The notes under the pieces were generated by a model that was not told the DNA's origin, ran no database searches, and was given only the letters and a program-made list of their open reading frames with translations. From Octopus sinensis (taxonomy: Eukaryota), in the NCBI RefSeq assembly GCF_006345805.1, contig NC_043011.1, positions 32,624,464-32,688,463 on the forward strand: DNA of 64,000 nucleotides. Direction: 5' to 3'. The position numbers and the translations under genes were made by a program. Shown here piece by piece: positions 12,046 to 26,319 of this stretch (its first letter is position 1; each line of letters opens with the position of its first letter).

Positions 12046-12210
12046 TAGGCGCAGGCGTGGCTGTGTGGTAAGAAGCTTTCTTCCCAACCACATAATTCCC
12101 GGTTCAGTCCCACTGCGTGGCACCTTGGACAAGTGTCTTCTACTATAGCCTCGGGCCGACCAAAGACTTGTGTGTGGATTTGGTAGATGGAAACTGAAAG
12201 AAGCCCGTCG

Positions 12211-12255
<45 letters not shown>

Positions 12256-12557
12256 TATGTATGTAATGTATGTATGTATGTATGTATGTATGCATGTATG
12301 TATGCATGTATGTATGTATGTATATATCTATGTGTGTGTGTTTTTTGTGCCAGTGCTTGTCTCCCCATCACCGCTTGACAACCGGTGTTGGTGTGTTTAC
12401 ATCCCCGCAACTTAGCGGTTCTGTAAAAGAGTCCGATAGAATCAGTATTAGGCCTTAACAAAAGTGTGAGGTTGATTTGTTCGACTAAAACCCTTCATGA
12501 CGGTGCTCTAACATGGCCGCAGTCAAATGACTGAAACAAGTAAAAGAATAAAAGAAT
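12046..12557 (+). mobile_element. SINE family B with expanded internal (TA)/(TATG) tract
   Basis: Full head-to-tail match. Confidence 0.9.
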
Positions 12558-12634
12558 ACGAGATTTAGAAGCCGCCACCTAGATCGATTCACCCATCACA
12601 GTTCACAACGCTTTCCACACTTCGCCCAAGAATT

Positions 12635-13205
12635 TATTGGGTTGTCCGGAAAGTTCGTGCCGATTTAGAGTAGCTTACCATTCGACTTATTTTAGAACAT
12701 GATTGAGTCCATAAAATAGGATTTGACTACACCTCCATTTAGAGCACAGTTTAAGCTATTTTTTCGTGGAAGAAGGTTTATGTTCCTATAACCTGTGTTA
12801 ATTCTGTAACCTTTTAAAATGGAAGATAAGAAAGTTCATTTTCAGCACTTGATGCTTTGGGAACCAGACAAAAATTGCTGCAGCTCGGCTGGGATGTGTT
12901 ACCCCCACCCTCCATGTTCACCAGATATTGCTCCTTCGGATTTCCACTTATTCAGGTTTCTGCAGAATAGTCTTAATGGTAAAAATTTCAATTCCTTGGA
13001 TGACGTAAAAAGATACTTTGATGAATTCTTTGCAATGAAACCACCTCAATTCTGGGAAGAGGATATTTTCAAGTTAAAGGAAAGATGGAGACGCATTGTG
13101 CAACAAAATGGTTCATATTTGGTTGATTAAAAATGTAATGGCAAGTATTTATTGACCTTTTTCTTTCCTATAAAAATCGGCACGAACTTTCCGGACAACC
13201 CAATA
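12635..13205 (+). mobile_element. Internally deleted mariner (D,D34D-type) element
   Basis: TIRs TTGGGTTGTCCGGAAAGTTCGTGCCGATTT and its reverse complement, with TA TSDs. The ORF fuses MEDKKVHF.. to HPPCSPDIAPSDFHLF...WRRIVQQNGSY. Confidence 0.92.
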
Positions 13206-13650
13206 CTACATACAAAAACCCTTGCGCATCCTTTGCGTTGCAACGGAGCAAAAATATTCCCAGTACACTGGGTACATCAGTTTCATCTAATGACAAACCT
13301 CCAAAGGGATTTCCACCAGTAGTTTACAAAGCATCATTAGCACTGTTCTTTGTTCTGTAAGGAAGCCATTTAAAAAAATGGTGGAAGAAAACATGGTCGA
13401 TTGACCACAAAGAGAGTTCTTTGTTTCGCTAATACAGAAGTTAAGCACAGTTATAATCGGGAGCGAGTATTAAACCTTGGCAATTCTTTGATTCTCTGAC
13501 TCCGAGTCGGGAGGATTAAATCCATGTCTGTCTACTGTCATCTGGTTTTTGTAAAAGTAAATTAGTTCTCGGGTCAAATTTCAAAGTCTCTTGAGACAGA
13601 CTGAGTTGTACATTGGAAATTTGTGACTGATAGTTATACCAGGTCACAAA

Positions 13651-13685
<35 letters not shown>

Positions 13686-13949
13686 ATGAATAAACAAACA
13701 TAATGATCAATTATGTCTTAAAGGTGTTTGGGTTAGAGCTTAAGGTTATATTGTACCATATTGGCCTGCTACTGTTCCTGTAGATATTTTGTCCCGTTGA
13801 ATTAGAAGGGCGTGTTACCATCGTGGTCATCATTGTTGACATTACCACCGCCGCCATCACTAACGACAACTACTATCCTCCTCCTCCAACTCTTCCTCTC
13901 CTCCTCCTCCTCCTCCTCCTCTATCTATCTATCTCTATGTGAGAATATA

Positions 13950-14150
13950 GTCCAAATTTACAGAAAACAAAAGACGAAGATAAGTGTAAAAACAACAAGC
14001 AGGTGTATTAGTTTAACGCTCGGGAAAAATGGAAAAGTCCTTTACGTTCGAACCTACGCTCTTCGACAGAAAAGATTAGGAGGGGAAAAAAGAAGAGAAT
14101 GAAAAAAAAACGGAGAGTGAAAAGAAATGTGTAGAGATTAACGGTTCAAC
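13950..14150 (-). mobile_element. Penelope-like terminal (pLTR) fragment with a degenerate hammerhead-like motif
   Basis: Reverse complement of 14037-14075 is TCTTTTCTGTCGAAGAGCGTAGGTTCGAACGTAAAGGAC. It is homologous to 47921-47962 and abuts (TA)n. Confidence 0.45.
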
Positions 14151-14154
14151 ATGA

Positions 14155-14202
<48 letters not shown>

Positions 14203-14544
14203 AAGGGTTTCCACACAGTTTCTGTCTATCAAATTTACTCACACGACATTAGTCGGTCCTGGGTTATAGTAGAAAATGCTTTCCTCAAGATGTCACGCAG
14301 TGGCGCTGGACCCGAAACCACGAGCCTCTTAACCACACAGCTATGCATACGCCTATGTGCACAGCATCTCTTTCACCTTCACTCTTAAAAGCAAGAGAAA
14401 GCATATGCATCTAGGCAATGCTACATAACTTAAGCAATAACTTAACCGTCATGGCTGGAACCCCTTTGTTTTTAGGTTTTCTCAGGGCGGGGGGGGGTAC
14501 AGACCTAAATAACAACCTCAACGTCAACAACAAATAATAATAAT

Positions 14545-15912
14545 AATAATAATAATCTTTTTTTATTATAGGCGCAATGCCTGGAATTTGTGGGGATGGG
14601 GTGCAAATCGATTGCATCGACCCCAATGTTTAACTGGTACTTATTTCATCGCCTCCCGAAAAGATGAAAGGGAAAGTCGACATCAGTGGAATTTGAACTC
14701 AGGACGCAAAGACGAACAAGAAATTGGTTTCAAATTTTGGCACAAGGCCAGCAATTTCGGGGAGGGGATAAGTCGATTACATCGACCCCAGGGATCAACT
14801 GGTACTTGTTTTATCGCCCCCCTAGAGAATGAAAGGCAAAGTCGACCTCAGTGGCATTTGAACTCAAAATGTAAAGATGAACGAAATGCCGCTAAGTATT
14901 TTGCACGGCCGCAGTAACGATTCTGCCAGCTCACCGCCTCAGCCGCCTCTTAATAATATTAAACTTTTCAACTATAGGCACAAAGCCTGAAACGTTGGAG
15001 GGAGTGGCTAGTCGATTATATCAACCCCACTACTCAACTGGTGCTGTAGTCATCGACCCCGAAAGGATAGAATGCAAAGTCGACCTCGACGGGATTTGAA
15101 CTCAGAACGTAGCGACAGACAAAATGCCGCTAAGCATTTTATCCGGTGTGCTAACGATACTACCAGCTCACCACCTTCGCCGTCTCTTAATAATAAACCT
15201 TTCTGATATATGCACAAAACTTGAAATCTTAAGGAAGGGGGTCAGTCGAATACATCGACCCCAGTGCACAATTTGTACTTAATTCATCGACATGAAAGTC
15301 TGAAGGACACAAGCATTTTGTCCGGTGTGTTAACGATACTGTCAGCTCGCTGCTTTCCTCGCTTCTTAATAATAACCGTTTCTGCGATAGGTACTAAGTC
15401 TGAAATCTTAGGGGAGAGGGTCAGTAGATTACATCGACCCCCGTGCGCAACTGGTACTTATTCAACGACCCCGAAAGGTTGAAAGGCAAAGGCAACCTCG
15501 GTAGAATGTGAACTCAGAACATAAAGACAGGCGATATGCCGCTAAGCATAACAACCCTTTTTACTAAAGGCACAAGGCCTGAAATATGTGAGTAGGGGAC
15601 TAGTCGATTACATCGACCCCAGTGCTTCACTGGTACTTAATTTATCAACCCCGAAAGGATGAAAGGCAAAGCAAACCTCGGTGGAATGTGAACTCAGAAC
15701 ATAAAGACAGACGATATGCCGCTAAGCATAACAAACCCTTTTTTACTAAAGACACAAGACCTGAAATATGTGGGGAGGGGACTAGTCGATTACATCGACC
15801 CCAGTGTTTCACTGGTACTTAATTTATCAACCCCGAAAGGATGAAAGGCAAAGTCAACCTCGGTGGAATGTGAACTCAGAACGTAAAGACAGACGATATG
15901 CCGCTAAGCATA
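14545..15912 (-). repeat. Head-to-tail array of about 7 family A (tail beta) SINE units
   Basis: Repeated GTCGATTACATCGACCCC...GAAAGGATGAAAGGCAAAGTC...GAACTCAGAAC blocks. The last units are near-identical with a period of about 180 bp. Confidence 0.85.
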
Positions 15913-16559
15913 ATAACGACAACAATATTGTCTCACAATAGTCTCAAATGCAAATACGATAAATACGTTGAACAATACAAATCACTTCCAGCTCATATGT
16001 TTTCGCCCATGATTACACAATCCTTGTATTTATACTATTCGACTACAAAAAGTCATTTTTGCAAAATCTATGGACACACACATATTTTCCTCTCTGTAAA
16101 ATCAAATTTGAAATTATCAACAACAACAACAACAGTAACAACAACAACAACAAAAAAAAACCCTCCATACATGTTTAGGATTATTTTTAGAGAAATTAAA
16201 TCTGTTTATAATATGTTTTTAAACATTATATTTGTAGAATGTGATTATTTAATTGATGATAGATAAATTAAAAACTGCGATTTCAATAGAGAAACACCGA
16301 ACTCTTTAAATTCCCAACGTTTATACAATTTGCCAATAATTGCTTCCACCGTTTACACACATTTTTCCTGTTACAAAACGCTTGTCATGTTTGTAATGTT
16401 TAATTTTTCCTTTCTTATTGCGTTATCTGTCCTTTTTCCAATAATCTCAAGGACGAGTTTTTATTGTCACTATTATTTTTATTACTATTATTACTATAAT
16501 TATTATTAGTTTCTGTTTTTTTTTTAATCGTTATTTTATTATTTTGATAAAACCAAAAC

Positions 16560-17749
16560 GTATATGCAAATGTATAGCTCTAATATGTGTGTGCATATGC
16601 ACAATCGTACAGACATATGCATACGTGCGCATACACTCATTGATGCAAGCATGCAAGGACACATAGATAAAAGCATATACATAAATGTATGCAAGCGCTC
16701 ATGCTATACATACAAACGCGCATACACATACTCTCGTACACCCATACATACATACATACATACATACATACATACATACATACATACATACATACATGCA
16801 TACATACATACATGCATACATACATACGTACATGCATACATACATACATACATACATACATACATACATACATACGTACATACATATACGTGCACACACA
16901 CATACATACATACATACGTACATACATACGCACATACATACATACATACATACATACATACATACATACATACATACATACGTACATACATACATACATT
17001 CATACATGCATACATACATTCATACATACATACATACATACATACATACTTACATATATACATATACTCGCAAACACATACATATACACATATATAAACG
17101 AGCATACCCACATACACAAAACGCTTGTAAACGCACACACACACACATGTAGGTATATCCATGCATACGCGCATATACTGTTGCAAGCACATATACAAAT
17201 GTGCGTTCAAACGCGCGCGCACACACGCACACGCACACACGCACAAACGCTCACACATACTCATGCACACACGCACACACACACACACACACACACACCA
17301 CACACAAGAATATCCTCCTCATCCCAGCTCACATACATAAACGCATGCAAGCACGTGTGCACGTATTCATGCATACACGCGATTATAGTCGCAAACTTGT
17401 ACACACGCGTACGTACATGAACAAACACACAAATGCTTACACACTCACATACGCACACGCAGACACTCATATACACACACACACATACAACACACTCACA
17501 CATACACTCACGACACACACATACACACGCACACACGCGCATACGCACACACATTTGCTTACATACGCACACAGATACATATGTAACCTAACACAAATGC
17601 ATACACACACCTATACACACAGACACACACGCTGACACTCTCTCACACACACACACAGACACACGCATGCACACACAACATACACACATACACATGCACA
17701 TTTGCATACACAAGAACACAAGTACATACATAGCCTAACACGTGCCTGC

Positions 17750-17787
<38 letters not shown>

Positions 17788-17820
17788 ACATACACACACA
17801 CACACACACACACAAGCTGA
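16560..17820. repeat. Long compound (CATA)n/(CA)n microsatellite
   Basis: Direct reading; source of the HTYI/MYVC ORFs. Confidence 0.95.
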
Positions 17821-18162
17821 GTGTTGTGTCGCAACAGTTTTATTTAGTTAACGAAAATGTTTCTAAAAAGTATCAAAAAACGTGAGGATATAATTCCTAA
17901 TGCTGGTTTACAGTATTTAGTCACGTATTTAGACATGGATGAACTCAAAACGAAAGAAAAAAATCAGTTTTAGATTGTAAGTGCCGTACAGAAGGAGATG
18001 GAATTTTCAGTACCTCGAATGGAATCTTTGCTTCACGCGGGAAAGACATGACGGCCACAGATTCCCGGTTTCTTCGTTCAACTGGAACATGTATGTATAA
18101 TGGAAGGCAAGGTTTACAACATCGGGTGAATATCGCCTTCTCCCATTATATCTTGTTCTTCG

Positions 18163-18580
18163 TGTAGTTCAAGCTCCAGCAGGCGAAGAAAGAAGTCTTT
18201 AAGTACAAATGCAATTTACAATCGGTTTATTTACAAGTTTCACAGAACGGGTGAAGTGTATTGCTCTCAGCAACCATCTCGAGCTGTGTGCGTGGTGTTG
18301 TACCTCCATTAGTGCGGGCACATTGCCTCTGGAGGTACAACATGCAGTCAGGCCCAGCCAGTAAAGCGTGCACAGCAAGCGCTGCTGCGTAGAAGCGGAG
18401 AGAGAGAGAATGAATCTGTTTCTGTTTTGCCCTTATATACAGTGTGCCATCGCGAGTCTCGTTGTGATCTCGCGCATGGCAAATGGATGCAGGTGAGGTC
18501 TCGCTCCAGTCTCAGAGATGGCAATGGCTGCCGCGAGATTTCATCCAATATGGCGCTGACTGCTTGTGCCGCTAAAGACA
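18163..18580 (-). mobile_element. Solo-LTR-like or promoter-like island (tentative)
   Basis: TGT...ACA boundaries. On the minus strand the order is CCAAT/ATTGG (18545), TATATAAG (18432-18439), AATAAA (18226-18231). No clean TSD. Confidence 0.35.
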
Positions 18581-18864
18581 TTTTGTTCTTCGTCAGAATG
18601 TTTACAAACTTTCTTTTTTTTAAATATGATTTTTCTACTGTTAGATGGGTTTTCTGTTGCCAGCCCCCACCTCATTAAGCGACGTTATATTTCATTCCCA
18701 CCCACCCACCTTATTAAACAAGCAACTCATATATATTTCCACAGAGAACAGCAATCAAATAACACCTTTTTGTGTGAATGTTTCTTTTCATTTTTAATTT
18801 CTAAGACTTTGGACAAGCTAGTAAATCTCAATTCTTTCATTTTGTATATCTCAGATAGTGCTGG

Positions 18865-19100
18865 AAGGCGGTGAGCTGATAGAATCTTTAGCAAGACAGT
18901 CAAAATACTCTGCAGCATTTATTCCGACTTTTTACGTTTGGAGTTCAAATCTAGCCGAGGTCAACTTTGCCTTTCATGCTTTCAGGATCGATAAATTAAG
19001 CACCAGTTACGCACTGGGGTCGATGTAATCGACTTAATCCCTTTGTCTGTCCTTGTTAGTCCCCTGTATGTTTAGCCCCTTGTGGGCAATAAAGAAATAA
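18865..19100 (+). mobile_element. SINE family A, tail alpha
   Basis: Consensus match. Confidence 0.85.
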
Positions 19101-19257
19101 GAATCGTTCGATCATTGGCTAAAATGCCTGCGGCGATATTTAGTTACAGCCCTTCACATGCCGAGTTCAAATACCATCGAGGTCAACTTTGTTGGTCATC
19201 TTTCCGAGGTCGATAAAAGAATGTACCGATCTTGTAACGACGTCGATTTGATATTTT

Positions 19258-19640
<383 letters not shown>

Positions 19641-19649
19641 TTCAAATTC

Positions 19650-21330
19650 TTCGACACGGTTGAGTGAGCATGTTTAGTTGTGATAAAGGCACTCCAAATT
19701 TAATCTGTCTGGTGGGAGAGTGGACAGTAGTCGCTTGTATGTAGTCCAGTGACTAAAGTTTGTTATTAGTTGTGTAGCTTCCTCATGATAAGCAGTAGAA
19801 TGAATTTTGTATGTGAATAGTTATTTGTGTATGTACTCTGTTAAAGTTTAAGTGTTGGTTTGTACTTTTATATGAAAGTATTTTCTTTATTTATCCATGC
19901 TTAATCTGTGGTATTCGCTGAACATAGGTGGAGTGGAAAGACCTGGAATTTGGGTGGCTTATTTTTTACACATATGTTTATGTGTCCACTCAGTGGAATC
20001 TGTCTAGTACTGGGGTCTCGTATTTGTTGTCGGTGCATGGTCGGTCTATTTTTTAGAGTAAGCTTTGTTGGACCTGTGTAATCTTCATTACATCCTTGAC
20101 ATTTGATAGCGTAAATTAAATTCCTTGAAGAACATGTAAAGTGACTTTTTACGGTAAAAGTCTGTCCTGATTTGTTGTTGTATGTTGCGTCTTCAATAAG
20201 GTTGATGCAGGTTCCGCAATTGGAGCGGCTACACTTTTTGACTATTGGTGTACGAATTGTGGAAGATAATTTAGCACTTGTGAGGAATTTTTTGAGAGAT
20301 TTTGATTGTCTTTTACTTTTGATTATTTTATGTATTTCGGATGCTTGTTTCATTCTTGGATTTTGTTTTAGTAGTGGGGTGTTCTGGTGGATAATATTGT
20401 AAACTTTTGCGTTCTTTGGGATGTGTGTTGTAACAAAGGGTAGAGTATCGGATTATCTGGAGCGTTTTTCGTTTTTCGTAGTTCTTCGATATTTATTGCT
20501 TTGGTACGTTCTATTGTGTTATCTATTAGCATTAATGGATATTGTCTTTTAAGTAGTACTTGTTTTAGTTCCTCGAGTCTTTTATTGCTAGTTTCATGAT
20601 TTGAGATAATTGTGCAGATTCTTCTTGCTAGATTAAAGGAATATTATTCTTTGGTGTTTGGGATGATATGAGAAGAATAGCAAGTATTGTTTTGAATCTG
20701 TTTATTTGTAATGAATATCTGTTTCAATGTTTTTATCTCTTTTGATGATTAGCATGTCCAGGAATGGCAGTTGAGTCTTACTGTATACCATGGTAAAGTT
20801 AATATTATTGTTTATGTTGTTGATTAACTTTTTGAAACCTATAAGTTGATCAAATGTGTGAGTCCATAGGAATAGGCAATCATCTAAGTAACGTTTCTAG
20901 TTTTCTAGAAGATATTTGTGAAGGTCAAGCCATATATTAATTTACATTATTCATATAACTGGACCTCCATGTAGGCCATGACTAAATTGGCGTAAGTCAG
21001 AGCAACTTTTGTCCACATGGCAGTCCCTGATATTTGTTTGTAAATATTGTCATCGAAGTCAAAAAAGTTGTTTTCGAAGATAAGATCTAATCCTTTTCAA
21101 TTTTGTCTGGAATTTGATGAAGGAATTTCTCAAGCCAGAAATTTGCTGCCTCTAGCCCATATTACTGTGGGATTGTGGTATAGAGGTTTACCACATCAAA
21201 AGATACAGTAGTAGTATCATTGTTTATGGTTTTTGGAAGATGGTTTAACAGAGCCAGGTCATCCCTCACAAGACTTGGTATGTATTTTAAAACAGGTTCA
21301 GTGATATATCTAAAAGGTTGCTGAGTCTAT
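19650..21330 (-). mobile_element. Decayed Penelope-like retroelement: reverse transcriptase + GIY-YIG endonuclease
   Basis: Minus-strand translation, with stops and frameshifts, gives SFDVVNLYTTIP, QISGTAMWTKVALTYANLVM, KRYLDDCLFLW and LPFLDMLI. ORF 19901-20353 contains CSRSNCGTC and NLIYAIKCQGCNEDYTG..K....R...H, a GIY-YIG-like domain. Confidence 0.92.
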
Positions 21331-21410
21331 AAACACACACACACATACACATATATATACACATGAATATATATGCAGACACGCGCACGCACACCCAAAC
21401 ATATATATAA

Positions 21411-21444
<34 letters not shown>

Positions 21445-21514
21445 CATAAATATAAATGTTTATGTATATATATGTATATATCTGTATATATATGTATATA
21501 TATATGTATGTATA

Positions 21515-21578
<64 letters not shown>

Positions 21579-21728
21579 GTATGTGTGTGTGTATATATAT
21601 ATAGATGTATATATATATGTATATATATGTGCGTAAATATATAGATGTATGCATATATAGATATATATATAGATATATAATATATGTATATATATATATA
21701 AGATATAGATATAGATATGTATATATAT

Positions 21729-21791
<63 letters not shown>

Positions 21792-22110
21792 ATTATATAT
21801 ATATGTATATATATATATGTATCTCTCTATATGTAAACAGCAAAATGTCTGTCGTGTGTGTGTCCTTTACAAATCCACAATTTTTCAGTTAGAGGGCTCG
21901 TACTTTCTATGGTCATTCAAAACCGTCCAAGGGTGGTCGTGCCACATCTTTACATTTCCCCAATCACCCACAAAGCCATTAAAAAATCAATAGAAGTTAC
22001 TTTTTTGTGAATTTTCTATCCAAAACCCAATCAAAATGCCCGAAATTTGATACGCCAATTGAATGCCAGCTAGCTGTATTTGATTGGTCGGAGATTTGGA
22101 CAGTACTCAC

Positions 22111-22167
<57 letters not shown>

Positions 22168-22417
22168 ATAATATATATATATATATGTTATATATATATG
22201 TATGTATATATATATGTATATATACATGTATATATGTATATATATACATGTATATATGTATATATATATGTATATATATATATATATAATATATATATAT
22301 ATTATATATATATAATATGTGTGTGTGTGTGTGTGTGTGTATGTATATATATATACGTGTATATATATATATATTATATATATATAATATATATATATGT
22401 ATGTATATATATATGTG

Positions 22418-22477
<60 letters not shown>

Positions 22478-22480
22478 TTG
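21330..22480. repeat. Two long compound (TA)n tracts (~21330-21830 and ~22110-22475)
   Basis: Direct reading. Confidence 0.95.
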
Positions 22481-24970
22481 AGAGTGGTGGCATGCTGGGC
22501 AAAACGCCTAGCGATATTTTTCTCTACGTTCCGACCTTAAATCTCACCAAGGTCGTCTTTGTCTTTTGCATCGCCTTTTGTCAATTCTCGCCGAGGTTGA
22601 TTTTGCCTTTTGCCCTTTTTCCGAATCGACAAAATGAATACCGGATGAACTCTGAATGCAATGTAATCGACTTCCTCCCCAACTCAGAATTGCTGACTCT
22701 GTGCCAAAAACTAGAATTACTTATATTTTAGGGCAGCAAACTGCGAGAAATATTAGCACGCGGTACAGAATTCTTACTGGCATTTCTTCCAGCGTTTTAC
22801 ATTCTGAGTTCAAGTTCTACCGAAATCAGTTTACCTTTCATTCTTTCGTGTCGATGAAATGAGGCACAAACCAAGTTACCTATTAACCCCATTCCTCTAA
22901 AATGGCTGTCTTTGTGTCAATATCAGAAACATTTGCTTAATACTTGTATTTCAGTCTAGTGAAAGTGTTCTTAACCATTTTGGGGTACTAACCTTATATA
23001 ATGGTTTAAAATTTGGGACAAGACCAGCAGTTTTGGAAAAGGGATAAGTCGATTAAATCGACCCCAGTACTCTGCTGGCACTTATTTTATCGACCCCCGA
23101 AAAGATTAAAAGTTAAAGTAGACCCCGGCGGAATTTGAACTCCGAACGTAAAGATAGACGACATGCTGCTAAGCGTTTTCACCCGGCGCACTAACGATTT
23201 GGCTAGCTCGCCGCCTTACCAACACTTAGAATTGCTTACTGCTTCCATTCTTTATCATGATTATTAAAGCGTCGCGCTGGCAGGAACGTTAGCACGCCGG
23301 GCGAAATGCTTAGCGGTATTTCATCAATTTCAGAATCGTTAGCACGCCGGACGAAATGCTTTGGGGTATTTCGTCTGCCGTTACGTTCTGAGTTCAAATT
23401 CCGCCGAGGTCGACTTTGCCTTTCATCCTTTCGGGGTCGATAAATTAAAGTACCAGTTAAGCACTGGGGTCAATGTAATCGACTTAATACCTATGTTTGT
23501 ACTTGTTTGTCCCCTCTATGTTTAGCCCCTTGTGGGTAATAAAGAAATATGTATTTCATCAATCTTTGCGTTCCGAGTTCAAATTCTTCCAGGGTCAACT
23601 TTGTGTTTCATCCTTTCGGGGTCGATAAATTAAGTACCAGCTGCGCACTAGGGTCGATGTAATCAACCAGTCTCCCTCCCCCTCCCAAATTTCAGGCTTG
23701 GTGCCTATAGTAGAAAGGATTATTCGGTGGCAGTTAGGGTGGTGAGCTGGCAGAATTGTTAGCATGCCGGGTAAAATGCTTAGCAGCATTTCTTCCGTCC
23801 TTACGTTCTGAGTTCAAATTTCACCGAGGTCGACTTCACCTTTCATCCTTTCGGTGTTGATAAATAAAGTACCACTTCAGCACTGGGGTCGACGTGAGTG
23901 ACTTACCTCCTCCGAGGTTGCTGGCTTTGTACCAAAATATGAAACCATCTTGATTTTATTAGGTGACAGTTAAGGCGATGAGCTGCGGAATCGTTAGCGT
24001 GGTAAGTAGCTTGCTTACCAACCACATGGTTCCGTGTTCATTCCCACTGCATGGCACCTTGGGCAAGTGACTTCTACTATAGCCTCGGGCCGACCAAAGC
24101 CTTCTGAGTGGAAACTGAAAGAAGCCCGTCGTATATAGGTTTACATACATGTATGTGTGTGCATGTGTTTGTGTGTCTGTGTTTGTCACCCCAACATCGC
24201 TTGACAACTGATTCTGTCGAGGTCGACTTGGCCTTACATCATTTCGGGGTCGATAAAATAAGTACCAGTTGAATTCTGGTGTCGATGTCAAGTACTAGGC
24301 TTCCAAAGAATAAGTCCTGGGGTTGATTTGCTCGACTAGAGACGGTGCTCCAGCATGGCCGCAGTCAAATGACTGAAGCAAGAGAGAAATGACGGGCAAA
24401 ATGCTTAGCAGTGTTTAGTCCGTCTTTATATTCTGAGTTCAAATTCCACTGAGGTCGACTTTGTCTGTCGTCCTTTCGGTACCTGCTCAGCACTGCGGTC
24501 AAACATGCTGGCCTTGTACCAAAATTTGATACAATTATTATTATTATGAGTCGGCAAAAGGCGGTGAGCTGGCAAAATCGTTAGCACACCGGAGAAAATG
24601 CTCAGCGGCATTTCGTCTGCCTTTCATCCTTTCGGGGTCGATAAAATAAGTACCAGTGGAGCACTGGGGACGACGTAATCGACATAACCCCTCCCACCAA
24701 ATTTCAGGCTTTGTGCCTATAATATAAAGAATTATTATTATTATTATTGTTGTTGTTGTTATTACTTGGTGGAAAGTTGGCCGAATGGTTACCGCGCCGG
24801 GAAAAATGCTTAGCAGCATTTCCTCTGTCTTTACGTTCAGAGTTCAAATTCTGCCGAGGTTGACTTGGCTTTACATCATTTCGGGGTCGATAAAATAATT
24901 ACCTGTTGAATATTGGGACCAATGTAATCGAGTTCCTGTCTCCTCCAAGTATTGCTGACCTTGTGCCAGA
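22480..24970. mobile_element. Cluster of family A SINE copies in both orientations (including an alpha+beta dimer at ~23270-23720) and a fragmented family B copy (~23995-24390)
   Basis: Repeated GAGTTCAAATTCCGCCGAGGTCGAC / TTTCATCCTTTCGGGGTCGATAAA blocks. Confidence 0.8.
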
Positions 24971-25596
24971 ATTTGAAACCATTATTTTGGGTCAGTATGC
25001 CTTTAAAAAAATCATAACTTGGGTGTACTTTATAAATGGATATCCAGGAACAAAACAGGGCGGATGGAGAATCATAAGGATATTGTCATATATATTTATA
25101 TAAAAACCACAAATTGCACACACAAGCTAGCTACAACTATTTTATACTATATCTCTAACTCCCCTATTTCACATTATACCATTTGAGTTACATGACTAAA
25201 AGGAGAAAAATAAATACGTGCAATACTTTTAATATCTCGCTTGCATTACAAAGCTGAATTTTATTTATCTGGTGAGATTTTTGCTACTGTTTGTGTGCAA
25301 TCAAATTATATGGCTTTTGTCATATTTATTGATATAAAAACGGCAAACGGCATATTCAAGCTAGCTACTGCTATTTTGTAGCGTTACGTTAATTAACCTA
25401 TTTCAGATTACGAATCGCTATATAGTTACATCTCACATTTTACTTGTATTACTAAATGAAGGCGCGTGATCCAGTCATTTAGTCATTGTGGTGTTTGGTT
25501 CGTGATCATAAGGCCATGGATTCGGCTCATGAACTGAGCAGGGTGATATGCCTTGAGTTGAGCTACGTACTTCACTTCGGGTTGTTTCAGCTTACT

Positions 25597-25598
25597 TT

Positions 25599-25629
<31 letters not shown>

Positions 25630-25902
25630 TGCGCCCTTTTCAAGCCTAGTCAGGCTCATGGGCCTGGTTTCCCGGTTTCTGTGGCGTATGTGTTCCTCCC
25701 AGCTGGACGGGTCGCCAGTCCATCGCAGCGATACTCAAGAAACAGGAAGAAAGAGTGAGAGAAAGTTGGGGCGAAAGAGTACAACAGGGGTCGCCACCAC
25801 CCCCTGCCGGAGCCTCGCGGAGTTTTTAGGTGTTTTCACTCAATAAACACACACAACACACGGTCTGGGAATCGAAACCGCGATCCTCCAACCGCGTGTC
25901 CG
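25597..25902 (-). mobile_element. SINE family C with tail type 2 and an (AAAT)n end
   Basis: Same head and centre as 1-180. The tail reads GATGGACTGGCGACCCGTCCAG...AAACCGGGAAACCAGGCCCATGAG...GGGCGC(ATAA)n. Confidence 0.85.
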
Positions 25903-26319
25903 TTCAGCTTACTTATTCGACTGAAATGAGTGCCAGCCGAGCGTTGATGAAAACATCCTCTGTCTGTCTCTCTTTCTCTCTCCAACCTAGACATTTTGTT
26001 GAATTAAGGGAAAGCTGAAAGGACGTCTGTATCTGCTTGCGACTACATAGGTGCCTGAAACAATTAGCAAAAGCATAGTATGTGCTATAGTGTCACCCTC
26101 GCCTGCGAGTGACGGCTTTGGTTTGCATTACTATAAAAGAAATATAAATACGTACAACCTTCTAAATATCTCACCCACAATTGCTGACAAAGTGACTGGC
26201 ATGACATCCTGGTTTTCATTTCAGATTCATTAATACCGAGAAGTTTATTTCATAGAGATGCGTAATCAGAAAGAAAAACCAAACATTCATTTCTCTCGTC
26301 GACAAGCTTAAATAAATTG

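Noticed and set aside
13210-13740. Unique-looking stretch with a 64-aa minus ORF
   Set aside because: No recognisable motif or convincing splice signals, and the ORF start lies in a (TTTA)n repeat.
16564-17834. Overlapping 100-240-aa HTYI/MYVC ORFs
   Set aside because: Translations of (CATA)n/(CA)n microsatellite.
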